Source: a bacterium
GTDB taxonomy: Bacteria; CLD3; SB21
Direction: 5' to 3'
DNA: 49,395 bases
Assembly: GCA_013360215.1 (NCBI GenBank)
Contig: JABWCP010000013.1
Location: 62,001 to 111,395, forward strand
Under the pieces are notes generated by a model that searched no databases, was not told the DNA's origin, and worked only from the letters and a program-made list of their open reading frames with translations. Shown piece after piece: positions 31,884-42,021 of this stretch. The position numbers and the translations under genes were made by a program. The stretch's first letter is position 1. Every line of letters begins with the position of its first letter.

Positions 31884-32798
31884 ATGATCGGATATAAGCG
31901 CGAAAACCTGAACACGTTTCCGAATGAAATTTTTTCATTCCGCGATCTCAGGGTTTTGCATCTTCATAAAAGCAATCTTACTTCGTTGCCCGATCGTTTT
32001 GAATTCTGCCCTCAGCTCACCGATGCGAGCTTTTATCAAAACGATTTAACTAAAATTCCCGAAAGTATTTTTAAGCTTAAAAACTTACGAAGACTCAATT
32101 TTGGTGATAATCGTATTGACACCCTCTCCTCTTTGATCGGTGAACTTCCCTGTCTTGAAATGCTTGATCTCGGACACAATGAACTGGATGAAATACCCGA
32201 TGAAATCGGTGATTTGAGCGCTTTGCAATTTCTCTATCTCACAGATAACAATTTGACCGATTTCCCGCAAACATTAAAAAAACTAACCAACCTCCGGTAT
32301 CTAAATATATCAGAGAATTCATTTAGTGGGTTACCGACTTCAATTGGGGAACTTACTTCGCTAGTCGAATTGCGAGCAAGCGATAATCGTATTGAGAACA
32401 TGGATATTCGGTGGAACGGATGGCCAGCGCTTCGCGAACTGCATTTGCAAAATAATCAATTGACCAAATTACCGGATGGTTTGGGCGGCTTATCGTTATT
32501 GAGAAAACTTTTTTTACAAAATAATGAATTAAAAGAATTACCGTCGGTGCTGGCGAAGCTGAAGAGTTTAGTAGAACTTAATTTGCGAAATAACTGTCTA
32601 TACGAATTGCCGAAAATGATCGGTGACTTAGTTCGTTTGGCTGATCTTGATCTTCGACAAAACTGCTTAAAAGACTTACCGGGGTCTTTAACCCGACTAC
32701 CGCATCTCTATAAACTGGATTTGCGTTGGAATGAAATCAAAGAAAACAATCCTGTAGTCGAAGCATTACGCGAAAAGGGTTGTGTGGTTTATACCTGA
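31884..32798 (+). CDS. Leucine-rich-repeat protein (23-aa LxxLxLxxNxLxxLP repeats)
   Basis: About 12 tandem repeats, e.g. LRRLNFGDNRIDTLSSLIGEL, LRKLFLQNNELKELP. Confidence 0.95.
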   Translation: MIGYKRENLNTFPNEIFSFRDLRVLHLHKSNLTSLPDRFEFCPQLTDASFYQNDLTKIPESIFKLKNLRRLNFGDNRIDTLSSLIGELPCLEMLDLGHNELDEIPDEIGDLSALQFLYLTDNNLTDFPQTLKKLTNLRYLNISENSFSGLPTSIGELTSLVELRASDNRIENMDIRWNGWPALRELHLQNNQLTKLPDGLGGLSLLRKLFLQNNELKELPSVLAKLKSLVELNLRNNCLYELPKMIGDLVRLADLDLRQNCLKDLPGSLTRLPHLYKLDLRWNEIKENNPVVEALREKGCVVYT

Positions 32799-33077
32799 AT
32801 ACAAGAAATTTAAATATCACTACATATCCAATCTCAATGTTACAAATCCAAATATAATTTACCCGCTTACGTTGAACTGAACGTAGAACTTATCTTACTC
32901 TCTCAAATCGTTATAAAATCAATTCCACAGAACATGATTTTTGTCATTCATTCATCTGCGATTGTAGGGGATATTGGCACATTCAGAAAAGTGTAACTTA
33001 ATCTTTTCGAAATGTTTGTTTTATTTCTAAATCCTTGTACTTTACGCGGTCTTACTATTAACCAAAGGAGTCTGACC

Positions 33078-33608
33078 ATGCGTATCGTATTATTATTAGC
33101 TGCATTGAATTTATCCGCGTCGCTTTACGCCCAGGATAAAAAAACGCCCGCCGCCGGTTTTCGAGCCGAATTTCTCATGCATTTGGATCAAATGGAAAAG
33201 AAATACACGGATATGGCGAACACCATTCCTGCGGATAAATACGGGTACCGTCCCGCTGAAGGCGTACGATCCATCGGTGAAGTACTGATGCATTGTGCCG
33301 GGGGAAATTATTTTTTACTCGGATTTATCGGCGTCAAATCCGATACACCGATGAACGAGAATTTTGAAAAAAATGCCGACCCCAAAAAAGCCACGGAAAC
33401 GATTAAAGCTTCGTTTGCACTGGTGCGCAACACGGTGTTAAACATGAGCGATGCCGACATGGATAAGACAGTAAAATTTTTCGGCGGCAAAGACGCCACC
33501 ATTCGCAATGTACTTTTTACGGCAATGAATCATCAACATGAACACCTTGGCCAGCTTATAGCGTACGCGCGTGCGAATGGAATTACGCCGCCGTGGAGTG
33601 CCAACTGA
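33078..33608 (+). CDS. Secreted DinB-family protein
   Basis: AAAGGAG RBS before the ATG at 33078; signal peptide; Y.YRP.EGVRSIGEV..H and H..EHLGQL..YAR.NGI.PPW motifs. Confidence 0.9.
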   Translation: MRIVLLLAALNLSASLYAQDKKTPAAGFRAEFLMHLDQMEKKYTDMANTIPADKYGYRPAEGVRSIGEVLMHCAGGNYFLLGFIGVKSDTPMNENFEKNADPKKATETIKASFALVRNTVLNMSDADMDKTVKFFGGKDATIRNVLFTAMNHQHEHLGQLIAYARANGITPPWSAN

Positions 33609-33623
33609 TTCGTGTAAACCAAA

Positions 33624-35879
33624 GTGAGTACCATGATTTCCAAAGAAGAAGTTCTCGAATTTCATGCCCAGGGGCGTAAAGGGAAAATCGAAGTTGTCCC
33701 GACCAAACCCTGCTCGACCCAGCGTGATCTATCCATCGCATACAGTCCCGGTGTGGCTGTGCCATGTTTAGAGATCGAAAAAAACCCTGAAGACGCTTAT
33801 AACTACACGGCTAAAGGGAATTTAGTCGCCGTCATTTCCAATGGAACAGCGGTGTTGGGGCTCGGAGATATCGGCGCTTTAGCCGGTAAACCGGTGATGG
33901 AAGGCAAAGGTGTGCTATTCAAGCGGTTTGCCGATATTGACGTTTTTGATATCGAACTGGATACTAAAAAAGTGGACGAAATCATCCGTGTCTGTCAGAT
34001 TCTCGAGCCGACATTTGGCGGTATCAATCTTGAAGATATCAAAGCGCCGGAATGTTTTGAAATCGAAGAAACACTCAAAAAAACGATGAAAATCCCCGTG
34101 TTTCATGACGATCAACACGGGACAGCGATCATCTCCGGAGCGGCATTGCTCAATGCGACGGAACTTGTAGGCAAACGTATGGATGAAGTGCGCGTCGTCG
34201 TTAACGGTGCGGGAGCTTCAGGAATCGCGTGCGCCAATTTTTATATTAGCTTGGGTGTGAAACCGGAAAATCTGATTCTTTGCGATACCAAAGGCGTCGT
34301 GTATAAAGGACGCAAAGAGGGTATGAATAAATACAAAGAAGTTTTGGCCAACGATACGCCGCTTCGCACATTAGCGGACGCACTCAAAGGCGCCGATGTA
34401 TTTGCCGGATTGTCCGTGGCGAATGTATTGACCCAAGACATGGTTAAAACGATGGCTCGTGATCCCATCATTTTTGCGATGGCCAACCCGGATCCGGAGA
34501 TCACGTATGATGACGCCAAGGCCGCACGGCCTGATGCGATCGTCGCAACCGGACGATCTGACTATCCCAATCAGGTCAATAATGTTTTGGGCTTCCCGTT
34601 CATTTTTCGCGGCGCATTGGACGTACGCGCAACCACGATCAATGAAGAAATGAAGCGCGCGGCCGCGATGGCGCTGGCTAAGTTAGCCAAAGAAGACGTT
34701 CCGGATTCCGTATCTAAAGCCTACGGTGATGAGCGGCTTCGATTTGGTCGGGAGTATGTGATTCCCAAACCGTTTGATTACCGTGTGCTGATTTGGGAAG
34801 CGGCGGCCGTCGCACAAGCGGCGATGGAGTCGGGTGTGGCGCGCATCAAAGTGAATATCGAAGAGTATAAGGAACTTTTAGAGCGACGTCTTGGCAAATC
34901 TCGTGAAGTGATGCGTACCATGATCCATACGGCACGCAAACATCCTAAACGCGTGGTATTCCCGGAAGGCGCGCATGAAAAAATCTTACGGGCGGCGCAT
35001 ATTATTTTAGAAGAAGGTATCGCCAAACCCATACTTTTGGGGCGTCGCGAGCTGATCGAAAAAACGGCTGCTGAACTCGGCGTCAATATCAGCGGTGCGG
35101 AGATCATACATCCCTCGACGTCGGATAATTACCTGTCGTATGTAGAGAAATATTACGCGATGCGTCAGCGAAAAGGTGCAACCCTCACGGAAGCGCGCAA
35201 TGCGATACGAAACTATACGACGTACGGTTCGATGATGGTGCGCTTGCGTGCCGCCGATGCGCTCATTGCGGGCGTGTCGCAGCATTATCCGGATACGATT
35301 CGCCCCGCGCTCCAGATCGTCGAAATGGAAGAAGGTATATCAAGCGTCAGCGGTTTGTATATGCTGATCATAAAAAATCAGATTTATTTTATCGCCGATG
35401 CGACGGTCAATATTGATCCGAGTGTGGAAGAACTGGCAGAGATTGCCATCGTCAGCGCTCGCGTGGCGCGTCGGTTTAATACCGAGCCGCGTGTCGCCAT
35501 GATCAGTTTTAGTAATTTTGGCAGTGCACGTCATCCGCATGCGGAAAAAGTACGCAAGGCCGTTGAAATAGTTCGCCAACGTGAACCCAAACTCATGGTG
35601 GACGGTGAAATGCAGGCGGACACGGCGGTGGATGCGACCATACTTGAAAAAGACTATCCGTTCAGTACCCTCAAAGGCGGCGCCAACGTGCTTGTATTTC
35701 CGGAGTTGCAATCAGCCAACGCCGCATATAAATTACTCCAAAAGCTGGGCGGCGCAGAAACCATCGGCCCGATCCTTATGGGACTCCGTTATCCCGTGCA
35801 CGTCTTGCAGCGCGGTTGCGAAGTCAACGATATCGTCAATATGACGGCTATCGCCGTGGTGGAAGCGCAGGAAAAATAA
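33624..35879 (+). CDS. maeB: NADP-dependent malic enzyme fused to a phosphotransacetylase-like domain
   Basis: [54 protein letters not shown]-terminal PTA-like domain (DGEMQAD, GPILMG). Confidence 0.97.
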   Translation: MSTMISKEEVLEFHAQGRKGKIEVVPTKPCSTQRDLSIAYSPGVAVPCLEIEKNPEDAYNYTAKGNLVAVISNGTAVLGLGDIGALAGKPVMEGKGVLFKRFADIDVFDIELDTKKVDEIIRVCQILEPTFGGINLEDIKAPECFEIEETLKKTMKIPVFHDDQHGTAIISGAALLNATELVGKRMDEVRVVVNGAGASGIACANFYISLGVKPENLILCDTKGVVYKGRKEGMNKYKEVLANDTPLRTLADALKGADVFAGLSVANVLTQDMVKTMARDPIIFAMANPDPEITYDDAKAARPDAIVATGRSDYPNQVNNVLGFPFIFRGALDVRATTINEEMKRAAAMALAKLAKEDVPDSVSKAYGDERLRFGREYVIPKPFDYRVLIWEAAAVAQAAMESGVARIKVNIEEYKELLERRLGKSREVMRTMIHTARKHPKRVVFPEGAHEKILRAAHIILEEGIAKPILLGRRELIEKTAAELGVNISGAEIIHPSTSDNYLSYVEKYYAMRQRKGATLTEARNAIRNYTTYGSMMVRLRAADALIAGVSQHYPDTIRPALQIVEMEEGISSVSGLYMLIIKNQIYFIADATVNIDPSVEELAEIAIVSARVARRFNTEPRVAMISFSNFGSARHPHAEKVRKAVEIVRQREPKLMVDGEMQADTAVDATILEKDYPFSTLKGGANVLVFPELQSANAAYKLLQKLGGAETIGPILMGLRYPVHVLQRGCEVNDIVNMTAIAVVEAQEK

Positions 35880-35891
35880 AACAGGAGACGC

Positions 35892-36296
35892 ATGCGCCTT
35901 TTTTTAAACGGTATATTTGTATTCATACTATTAAATCTTGTCGCATGCGCTGCTACCCAACAAACGTCTTATAAACGTAAAGAAATTACGATGGACTTGT
36001 TGAGGGAACGCTTTTTAGATAAGAAATTTGCCGTTCGTATGCAGTTTTATATAAGCCGTGAAGAATTGATTGAGGAGACGGGTTATCTGAAATCCGCCGA
36101 GTCCGATAAGGCCGTGCTGTTCGAATATTATGATGCGCGAGACAAACAGTACCGCAATCTCGAAGTGCCGATACAAAATATCAATACGATTGAGCTTGCC
36201 AGTAAAGGCTCGGATCGTTTTAGTAAAACTCAAAAAGTCGCTATGGGATCAGCGATTGCGATGGCCTTATTGCTTGTGTTTGCCATTTCGATTTAG
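35892..36296 (+). CDS. Hypothetical lipoprotein with C-terminal membrane helix
   Basis: AGGAG RBS; lipobox LVAC; C-terminal hydrophobic helix. Confidence 0.8.
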   Translation: MRLFLNGIFVFILLNLVACAATQQTSYKRKEITMDLLRERFLDKKFAVRMQFYISREELIEETGYLKSAESDKAVLFEYYDARDKQYRNLEVPIQNINTIELASKGSDRFSKTQKVAMGSAIAMALLLVFAISI

Positions 36297-36310
36297 TTAA
36301 ATGAATGTTT

Positions 36311-36370
36311 AAGCTGCCCAAAATCCGTCTGTAATTCGTCCTACAGATCGGCTTTGGCGCAGCTTTTATT
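36311..36370 (+). terminator. Long hairpin, probable terminator of the dinB-maeB unit
   Basis: AAGCTGC..CCAAA..TCTGTA / TACAGA..TTTGG..GCAGCTT followed by T-rich sequence. Confidence 0.55.
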
Positions 36371-36388
36371 TTATAGGAGATCAAACAT

Positions 36389-37795
36389 ATTCGTTCGATT
36401 ATTTTGATTTTGATAGACGGCGCACGATACGATGTCTTTGAACGCCTTCTTGCCGAGGGCCGTCTGCCGGCGATTCAGGAGCACATTGTAGCCCGCGGCG
36501 CTTACCGTCGCATGACCACAGTTTTCACGTCCACCACAGGCCCTGCTTACGTCCCATTTCTGACAGGTTGTTTCCCCGGCAAAGCCAATTTACCGGGTAT
36601 TCGCTGGTTTGATAAAACGGCCTTTGCCGAGAAACCTTTTTGGAATCCGCATCGCTTCCGTAGTTATTGCGGATGGGAAGGGTTTTTTATGAACCGGGAT
36701 ATTAACCCCAATATTAAAACAATATTCGATCTCACCGAGAATCCGATTAACATATTCGGCCCGATCACACGCGGAATTCCAAAAAACAACAATCGCGGTC
36801 CGCTGAAAAAAGCATGGATGATCGCACGGGCACACAGTAATGGGATATACGAACCGGTAGACGATGCGGCGTTTGAAGTATGCATGAAAACGTTGGATGA
36901 ACCCACGGCGTTTCGGTTTCTGGCATTACCCGGTGTCGATGGTATTTCGCATAATACGTTTCCTCATCACGAACGCGTCCTAGCGGCATATGAACGAGCG
37001 GATCGCGGCATTGCGGCCATAGTCAGAAAACTAAAGTCCGCCGGACAATACGATCAAACCGTCATCGCCATATGCAGCGACCACGGTCTTTCGCAAACTC
37101 ATACGCATTTTGATGTGCCGGTTTATATGGAAACATCGCTTGGTTTTAAAACGTTGTTTTATACCAATATTTTTCGGTGGAATCCCGATGCGTCGGCACA
37201 AGTTTCCGGCAATGGCATGGTGCACATTTATTTTAAAAACGGAGATTGGCGAAAACCGTGTTTTTATGAAGACATAATACGCTTCCCCATAAATCCGGTG
37301 GATGATTTTTTAAAACATGAAGCGGTTGATCTGGTGATAACGCGCATGCAAAACGGAGAAGCGCGCGTTGACAGCCGGCGTGGTACGGGTTTTATAAAAG
37401 AAGAAAATGAGCGTATCCTGTATCGTATCGAAGGCAATGATCCGTTTGGTTTTGAAGTTTTGCCGCCGTCCATGTCGCGAAATGAAGCGCTTGCAAGAAC
37501 ATTTGAGACGAACTACCCGGATGCGCTAGTGCAGATCGTACAAAATTTCCATTCACCCCGATGCGGAGATATGATGCTTTCGGCGACGGTCGGGTATGAT
37601 CTGCGCTTTCGATGGGAAAACCCGGAACATAAATCGTCACACGGTTCACTGCATTGCGAACACATGATGACGCCCTTTTGCTGGAGTGTTCCAATATCGG
37701 CCGATCATGTGCGTACGGCCGATGTCTTTCCTTCTATGTTAAAAATTTTAGGACAAGATATCCCTGAGGGTATTGACGGCGTGTCGTTTGTTTAG
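36389..37795 (+). CDS. Alkaline-phosphatase superfamily (nucleotide pyrophosphatase/phosphodiesterase-like) enzyme; start uncertain
   Basis: ILIDG, TSTTGP (catalytic Thr), D..SH, SDHG, SHGSL, RTADV motifs. Confidence 0.9.
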   Translation: MRSIILILIDGARYDVFERLLAEGRLPAIQEHIVARGAYRRMTTVFTSTTGPAYVPFLTGCFPGKANLPGIRWFDKTAFAEKPFWNPHRFRSYCGWEGFFMNRDINPNIKTIFDLTENPINIFGPITRGIPKNNNRGPLKKAWMIARAHSNGIYEPVDDAAFEVCMKTLDEPTAFRFLALPGVDGISHNTFPHHERVLAAYERADRGIAAIVRKLKSAGQYDQTVIAICSDHGLSQTHTHFDVPVYMETSLGFKTLFYTNIFRWNPDASAQVSGNGMVHIYFKNGDWRKPCFYEDIIRFPINPVDDFLKHEAVDLVITRMQNGEARVDSRRGTGFIKEENERILYRIEGNDPFGFEVLPPSMSRNEALARTFETNYPDALVQIVQNFHSPRCGDMMLSATVGYDLRFRWENPEHKSSHGSLHCEHMMTPFCWSVPISADHVRTADVFPSMLKILGQDIPEGIDGVSFV

Positions 37796-38460
37796 GCGTT
37801 GCCGTACAAATTGAAATAGTTTATAAAAGACAATACAAACTCTTTCTCTTCCAAATATATCGGTTGTTTTTGCTGGATCTGAATCACCATCAGTTGCATG
37901 ATACTGCCGCTGATGATCGGAATGCGCAGGTTATCGCTTGTGCGCATGGGCATGATTTCGGCTACGGTAGCTGTAAAGGCTCCGGCGATACGAACCGAAA
38001 GCGGCAGATGCCCGAAGAAAAAGCTTATCCCCAAACAAACAGCAAAACAAGCCAAAGCGCCTTCAAGCGTTTTTTCTAAACCTAAAAGGCGTGTGCGACC
38101 GATAGTTTTACCGATCAGCGCAGCCATACCGTCTCCAAATATCAAAAACAACAAACACAAGACCGCCACATCTTTGTGAAATGCAAAGATTACCAAAAAT
38201 GAAGCGATGAGTAAAAAGGTAGCCCCGCTGTAGTGATCCGTTTCTCCGTCGCGCAGCATAGAACCGAAAAAACGATTGAAAAACGCACTAAAACTCGGAA
38301 TATATAATCGCAAATATTCGGTAACGATCGCGATGCCAAGCAGCGCACCGATGCACCACAAGGCCGTAGCGTAATCGGTCAGATAATAGCCGATGGGTAT
38401 TATCGCCGCCGAAAAATGAAAAAATTTGCGACGTAATTCGAGTGTAATTGATAAGCTCAT
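37792..38460 (-). CDS. Dolichol/phytol/diacylglycerol kinase family (CTP-dependent, SEC59/VTE5-like) membrane protein
   Basis: ELRRKFFH, GDGMAALIG, KTLEG, DNLRIP motifs; multiple TM helices. Confidence 0.9.
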   Translation of the reverse strand: MSLSITLELRRKFFHFSAAIIPIGYYLTDYATALWCIGALLGIAIVTEYLRLYIPSFSAFFNRFFGSMLRDGETDHYSGATFLLIASFLVIFAFHKDVAVLCLLFLIFGDGMAALIGKTIGRTRLLGLEKTLEGALACFAVCLGISFFFGHLPLSVRIAGAFTATVAEIMPMRTSDNLRIPIISGSIMQLMVIQIQQKQPIYLEEKEFVLSFINYFNLYGNA

Positions 38461-38508
38461 AAAATCCTGTTACATCGGTTCATGCTAAAAACATGATTGC
38501 CGGCGGTA

Positions 38509-39288
38509 TTATTGCGGTGAGTTTATTAATCCTACGGATTTGGCATAACTGATAGCTTCAAACGTATTGCTGACATTCAGCTTTTCAATGATACGCTGGC
38601 GGTGCGTATTGACGGTATTAACGCTGATATATAGCTTGTCTGCGATCTCTTTGCTGATCAATCCTTGAGCGATGAGTGTGAGTATTTCGTTTTCGCGTTC
38701 CGATAGCGGCGTTGAACCGATATCTTGTTTGGGCGGAAAATGATATAATGCGCCGGTTTTAAAATTAAGTGCCCGCGCGGTGAAAGGATTGTGTACATCT
38801 TCGAGCGGTGCCATATCCATCACCCCCAATCCCAACCACAGGTGGCCGTGGGCATCCGTTTCAAGACAAGAGTACTGCTCAATCACGGGAATGGTTTCCC
38901 CGGTTGATTTTACAATGCGATATGAGGTGACCATTTTATAATTTTTCTGTTCTGCCGCATCCAAATGCATGGCGAAACGCATAAAATAAATACCGGCTTG
39001 CAGCAGTTTGGGCAAATCTTCGTCCAGCACATGGTGATCCATGTAGGCATTGCCCTCCGCATTGGCGCGACTTACATCATACCCAAAAAGAGAAGTGTAT
39101 TTGGACGAAAGGTAAATGTGCTCCTTGCGCTGTAAATCAAAAATGGACATAGCGCCACTGTTGACGACATCCAGTTGGTCAAGCAGGCGTTTGTGTTTGG
39201 CGATAATTTTGTCAGCCGATTTGGGAGGAACGATCGGCAAACTATCAAGCAGCGCATAATATTCGTCATATAGTGTTTTGAGTTCCAT
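38509..39288 (-). CDS. PAS-LuxR transcriptional regulator
   Basis: PAS-like YLSSKYTSLFGY...HV..ED; C-terminal LSERENEIL.LIAQG..SKEIADKL.IS.NTV.THR; GGAG RBS. Confidence 0.93.
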   Translation of the reverse strand: MELKTLYDEYYALLDSLPIVPPKSADKIIAKHKRLLDQLDVVNSGAMSIFDLQRKEHIYLSSKYTSLFGYDVSRANAEGNAYMDHHVLDEDLPKLLQAGIYFMRFAMHLDAAEQKNYKMVTSYRIVKSTGETIPVIEQYSCLETDAHGHLWLGLGVMDMAPLEDVHNPFTARALNFKTGALYHFPPKQDIGSTPLSERENEILTLIAQGLISKEIADKLYISVNTVNTHRQRIIEKLNVSNTFEAISYAKSVGLINSPQ

Positions 39289-39298
39289 AATCTCCGGA

Positions 39299-39316
39299 AT
39301 ACTGATTTATCAGTAT
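39299..39316. promoter_or_regulatory. Perfect 8-2-8 inverted repeat, candidate LuxR operator
   Basis: ATACTGAT-TT-ATCAGTAT lies between the divergent luxR and TBDR genes; -10-like TACTTT at 39340. Confidence 0.7.
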
Positions 39317-39381
39317 GGCAATGTAGAGGGCTGTAAGATTACTTTCAAGCGTTGAACTTAAGTATGGAAAGGAATTTTACG

Positions 39382-41670
39382 ATGCGCATTTTACGCAGCC
39401 TGTTGTTATGGTCCTGTTTTTATTGTAGCTCGATTATAGGGCAAACGCCGGGTGGTACGATCAAGGGATTGATCATAGACAAAGAAACGAAAGAAACATT
39501 GCCGGGTGCTAATGTTTGGATTGTTGGGACGTCGCGGGGTGCCGTTACAAAAACGGACGGTAGTTTTGAAATCAAAGAACTGACATCAGGAACATACAGC
39601 CTCTCCGTGCAATATATCGGTTATGCGGTATTTACCAAACCGGATGTGATTGTCCGTGAACAGCGTATCACACCAGTTTTGATTGAACTGTTGCCGGAAG
39701 ATGTTGAAGGGGAAACTATCGAAGTGCACGCCGATTATTTTAGCGCCACGGAATCCGCTTCTACCAGTACGACCAATCTTTCGTCGGAGGAAGTGCGTCG
39801 TTCGTCGGCGGCAGCCGGTGATGTAAGTCGTATCATCGCCGGTCTTCCGAGTGTGGCAAAAACGGATGAGCAAAAAAACAGTTTAGCTGTTCGCGGAGGA
39901 AGCCCTACCGAAAATGCTTTTTTTGTGGACGGGATTGAAATTCCTAACATCAATCATTTTCCGACGCAAGGGTCCAGCGGCGGCGCCATCGGTATCCTCA
40001 ATGTGGATTTGATACAAGATGTTAATTTTATGACGGGCGGGTTTTCATCCGCATACGGTGATCGTCTATCATCCGTTCTTGATTTACGTCTTCGCGAAGG
40101 CAATCGTGATGCGATGGACGGGCAATGGGATCTCAATTTTGGAGGAACGGGCGGTGTTTTTGAAGGCCCATTCTCGGGCAAAAAAGGGTCATGGCTTTTT
40201 TCCGTCCGACGCAGTTATGTGGATATCATTGCCAAAATGATAGATGTTAATGTGACGCCTTGGTATGCCGATGCGCAATCTAAAATAGTATATGATGTCG
40301 GAAACAATCATCAACTCAGTTTGATCCATATTTCAGGTTATGATGAAAACAACATTTCAAAAAAGCAGGGAAAAAAATTGGATATTCCTACTTATGGCAA
40401 GGAGACGCACTTGCAAAATACGACCGGATTGACGTGGCGATGGCTGTGGAATAAAAAAGGTTATACTTTAGGCGTCGTATCGTTTTCCGCTATTCGCTTC
40501 GGAACAGATTTTAATTCAGCCCGAACGGATTCACTTTTGATAAAAAACAAGTCCAGTGAAAATTATATTCAATACCGGCAGACCGCGTTTTATCGGTTTA
40601 ATAATTTTCACAGTTTAGAATTTGGTTGGCATGCCAAAACGGATGTTAATCATTACGATCAGGCGTATGGTGCCAATACGGATCCGGTGGGTAATGTGAT
40701 ACCCTCAATGACGCTAAATGATAAGCTAAAAACATTTCAAACCGGTTTTTTTGCAACCTATACGATGCGTCCGTTTCAAAAACTGGAAACACAAATCGGT
40801 ACACGTGGTGACTATTTCTCCTATACGCAGCGATGGCACGTATCGCCTCGTGTGTCGGTCGGATATGAATTGACCACGGCTACATCTGCACAAATAGCGG
40901 CGGGGATATATTATCAGAATTTACCGAAAAATCTTTTAGCGCAGAATAAGGCTCTTAAAAACAATAACGATCCATATGCGGTACACTATGTTGCCGGAAT
41001 GCGGCACCGTTTTTCCGAAGATACACGCCTGACCGTCGAAGGGTATCTAAAAGAATATTATCATATGCCGATGGATCCGACACAACCCGGCCTTTTTGTG
41101 GTGGATGAAATCCAATATCGTAACGGTTTTTTTTACGATCATGCTACGCTAAATGATGACGGCAAGGCACGCGTCATAGGTATTGAAGTTACGATTCAAA
41201 AAAAATTAGCACGACGCTTTTACGGTATTATCAGCGGTACTTACTATCAATCGCGGTATAAAGGACTCGATCATCGTTGGCGCGACCGCGTTTTTGATAA
41301 CCGATTTATTGCGGGGATAGAAGGCGGCTTTAAACCGAATGCAAAATGGGAGTACAGCGGACGATTCATTATCGCCGGAGGTGCGCCCTATACACCATTT
41401 AACGTGCCGGCTTCGGAAGCGGCGCAGCAAGCTGTATTTGATGTGAATCAGATTAATGCTAAACGGTATCCGGTGTATCATTCGATGAACTTGCGCGCAG
41501 ATCGGAGATTTCAATTGAGCGGAAGTAATCTCATTACGTATATCAGTCTATGGAATGTGTACAATCAAAAAAATGTAGCTTCGTATTATTGGAATGAAAT
41601 CGAAAACAAAAAGGATAAAGCCTACCAGTGGGGGTTCGTACCGGTTTTTGGGTTGGAATATGAATTTTAA
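39382..41670 (+). CDS. TonB-dependent receptor with N-terminal carboxypeptidase-regulatory-like domain
   Basis: Signal peptide; G.I.D.ET.E.LPGANV; plug VRGG.P.EN...VDG.EI.N.NH, GGFSSAYGDRLSSV; C-terminal EYEF. Confidence 0.93.
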   Translation: MRILRSLLLWSCFYCSSIIGQTPGGTIKGLIIDKETKETLPGANVWIVGTSRGAVTKTDGSFEIKELTSGTYSLSVQYIGYAVFTKPDVIVREQRITPVLIELLPEDVEGETIEVHADYFSATESASTSTTNLSSEEVRRSSAAAGDVSRIIAGLPSVAKTDEQKNSLAVRGGSPTENAFFVDGIEIPNINHFPTQGSSGGAIGILNVDLIQDVNFMTGGFSSAYGDRLSSVLDLRLREGNRDAMDGQWDLNFGGTGGVFEGPFSGKKGSWLFSVRRSYVDIIAKMIDVNVTPWYADAQSKIVYDVGNNHQLSLIHISGYDENNISKKQGKKLDIPTYGKETHLQNTTGLTWRWLWNKKGYTLGVVSFSAIRFGTDFNSARTDSLLIKNKSSENYIQYRQTAFYRFNNFHSLEFGWHAKTDVNHYDQAYGANTDPVGNVIPSMTLNDKLKTFQTGFFATYTMRPFQKLETQIGTRGDYFSYTQRWHVSPRVSVGYELTTATSAQIAAGIYYQNLPKNLLAQNKALKNNNDPYAVHYVAGMRHRFSEDTRLTVEGYLKEYYHMPMDPTQPGLFVVDEIQYRNGFFYDHATLNDDGKARVIGIEVTIQKKLARRFYGIISGTYYQSRYKGLDHRWRDRVFDNRFIAGIEGGFKPNAKWEYSGRFIIAGGAPYTPFNVPASEAAQQAVFDVNQINAKRYPVYHSMNLRADRRFQLSGSNLITYISLWNVYNQKNVASYYWNEIENKKDKAYQWGFVPVFGLEYEF

Positions 41671-41688
41671 TGCATACTCTCTCTTCAC

Positions 41689-41718
41689 AAAACCGCTTCC
41701 ATCCGAAGCGGTTTTTTT
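41689..41718 (+). terminator. Intrinsic terminator
   Basis: AAAACCGCTTC / GAAGCGGTTTT stem followed by T tract. Confidence 0.85.
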
Positions 41719-41730
41719 GTTAAAAATCGT

Positions 41731-41759
41731 TTGACAGCGACATACGTGTTCCCTATATT
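41731..41759 (+). promoter_or_regulatory. Sigma70-type promoter upstream of porV
   Basis: TTGACA - 17 bp - TATATT. Confidence 0.65.
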
Positions 41760-42021
41760 CTCCATGTGTTTGATCCCCTAACCCCCTCTATACGAAAGGA
41801 GATTTTGATCAGACAATTGCTACGGTTTCAATGACGCGAAAGCGATCTGATTAAAACTCACTCAGCCTTATTTCCGGTTGTTGTTATACGTCAAAGAAAC
41901 GAAAATTTCTTTGTATTGGTTTTTTTAAATTTATTATCTTACAGGAGGTTTATCGTAGTACACTTTGCTAAAGGGAAAATCAACACTAACTTCTAAGAAT
42001 CTTATTGGAGAAAAGAAATAT

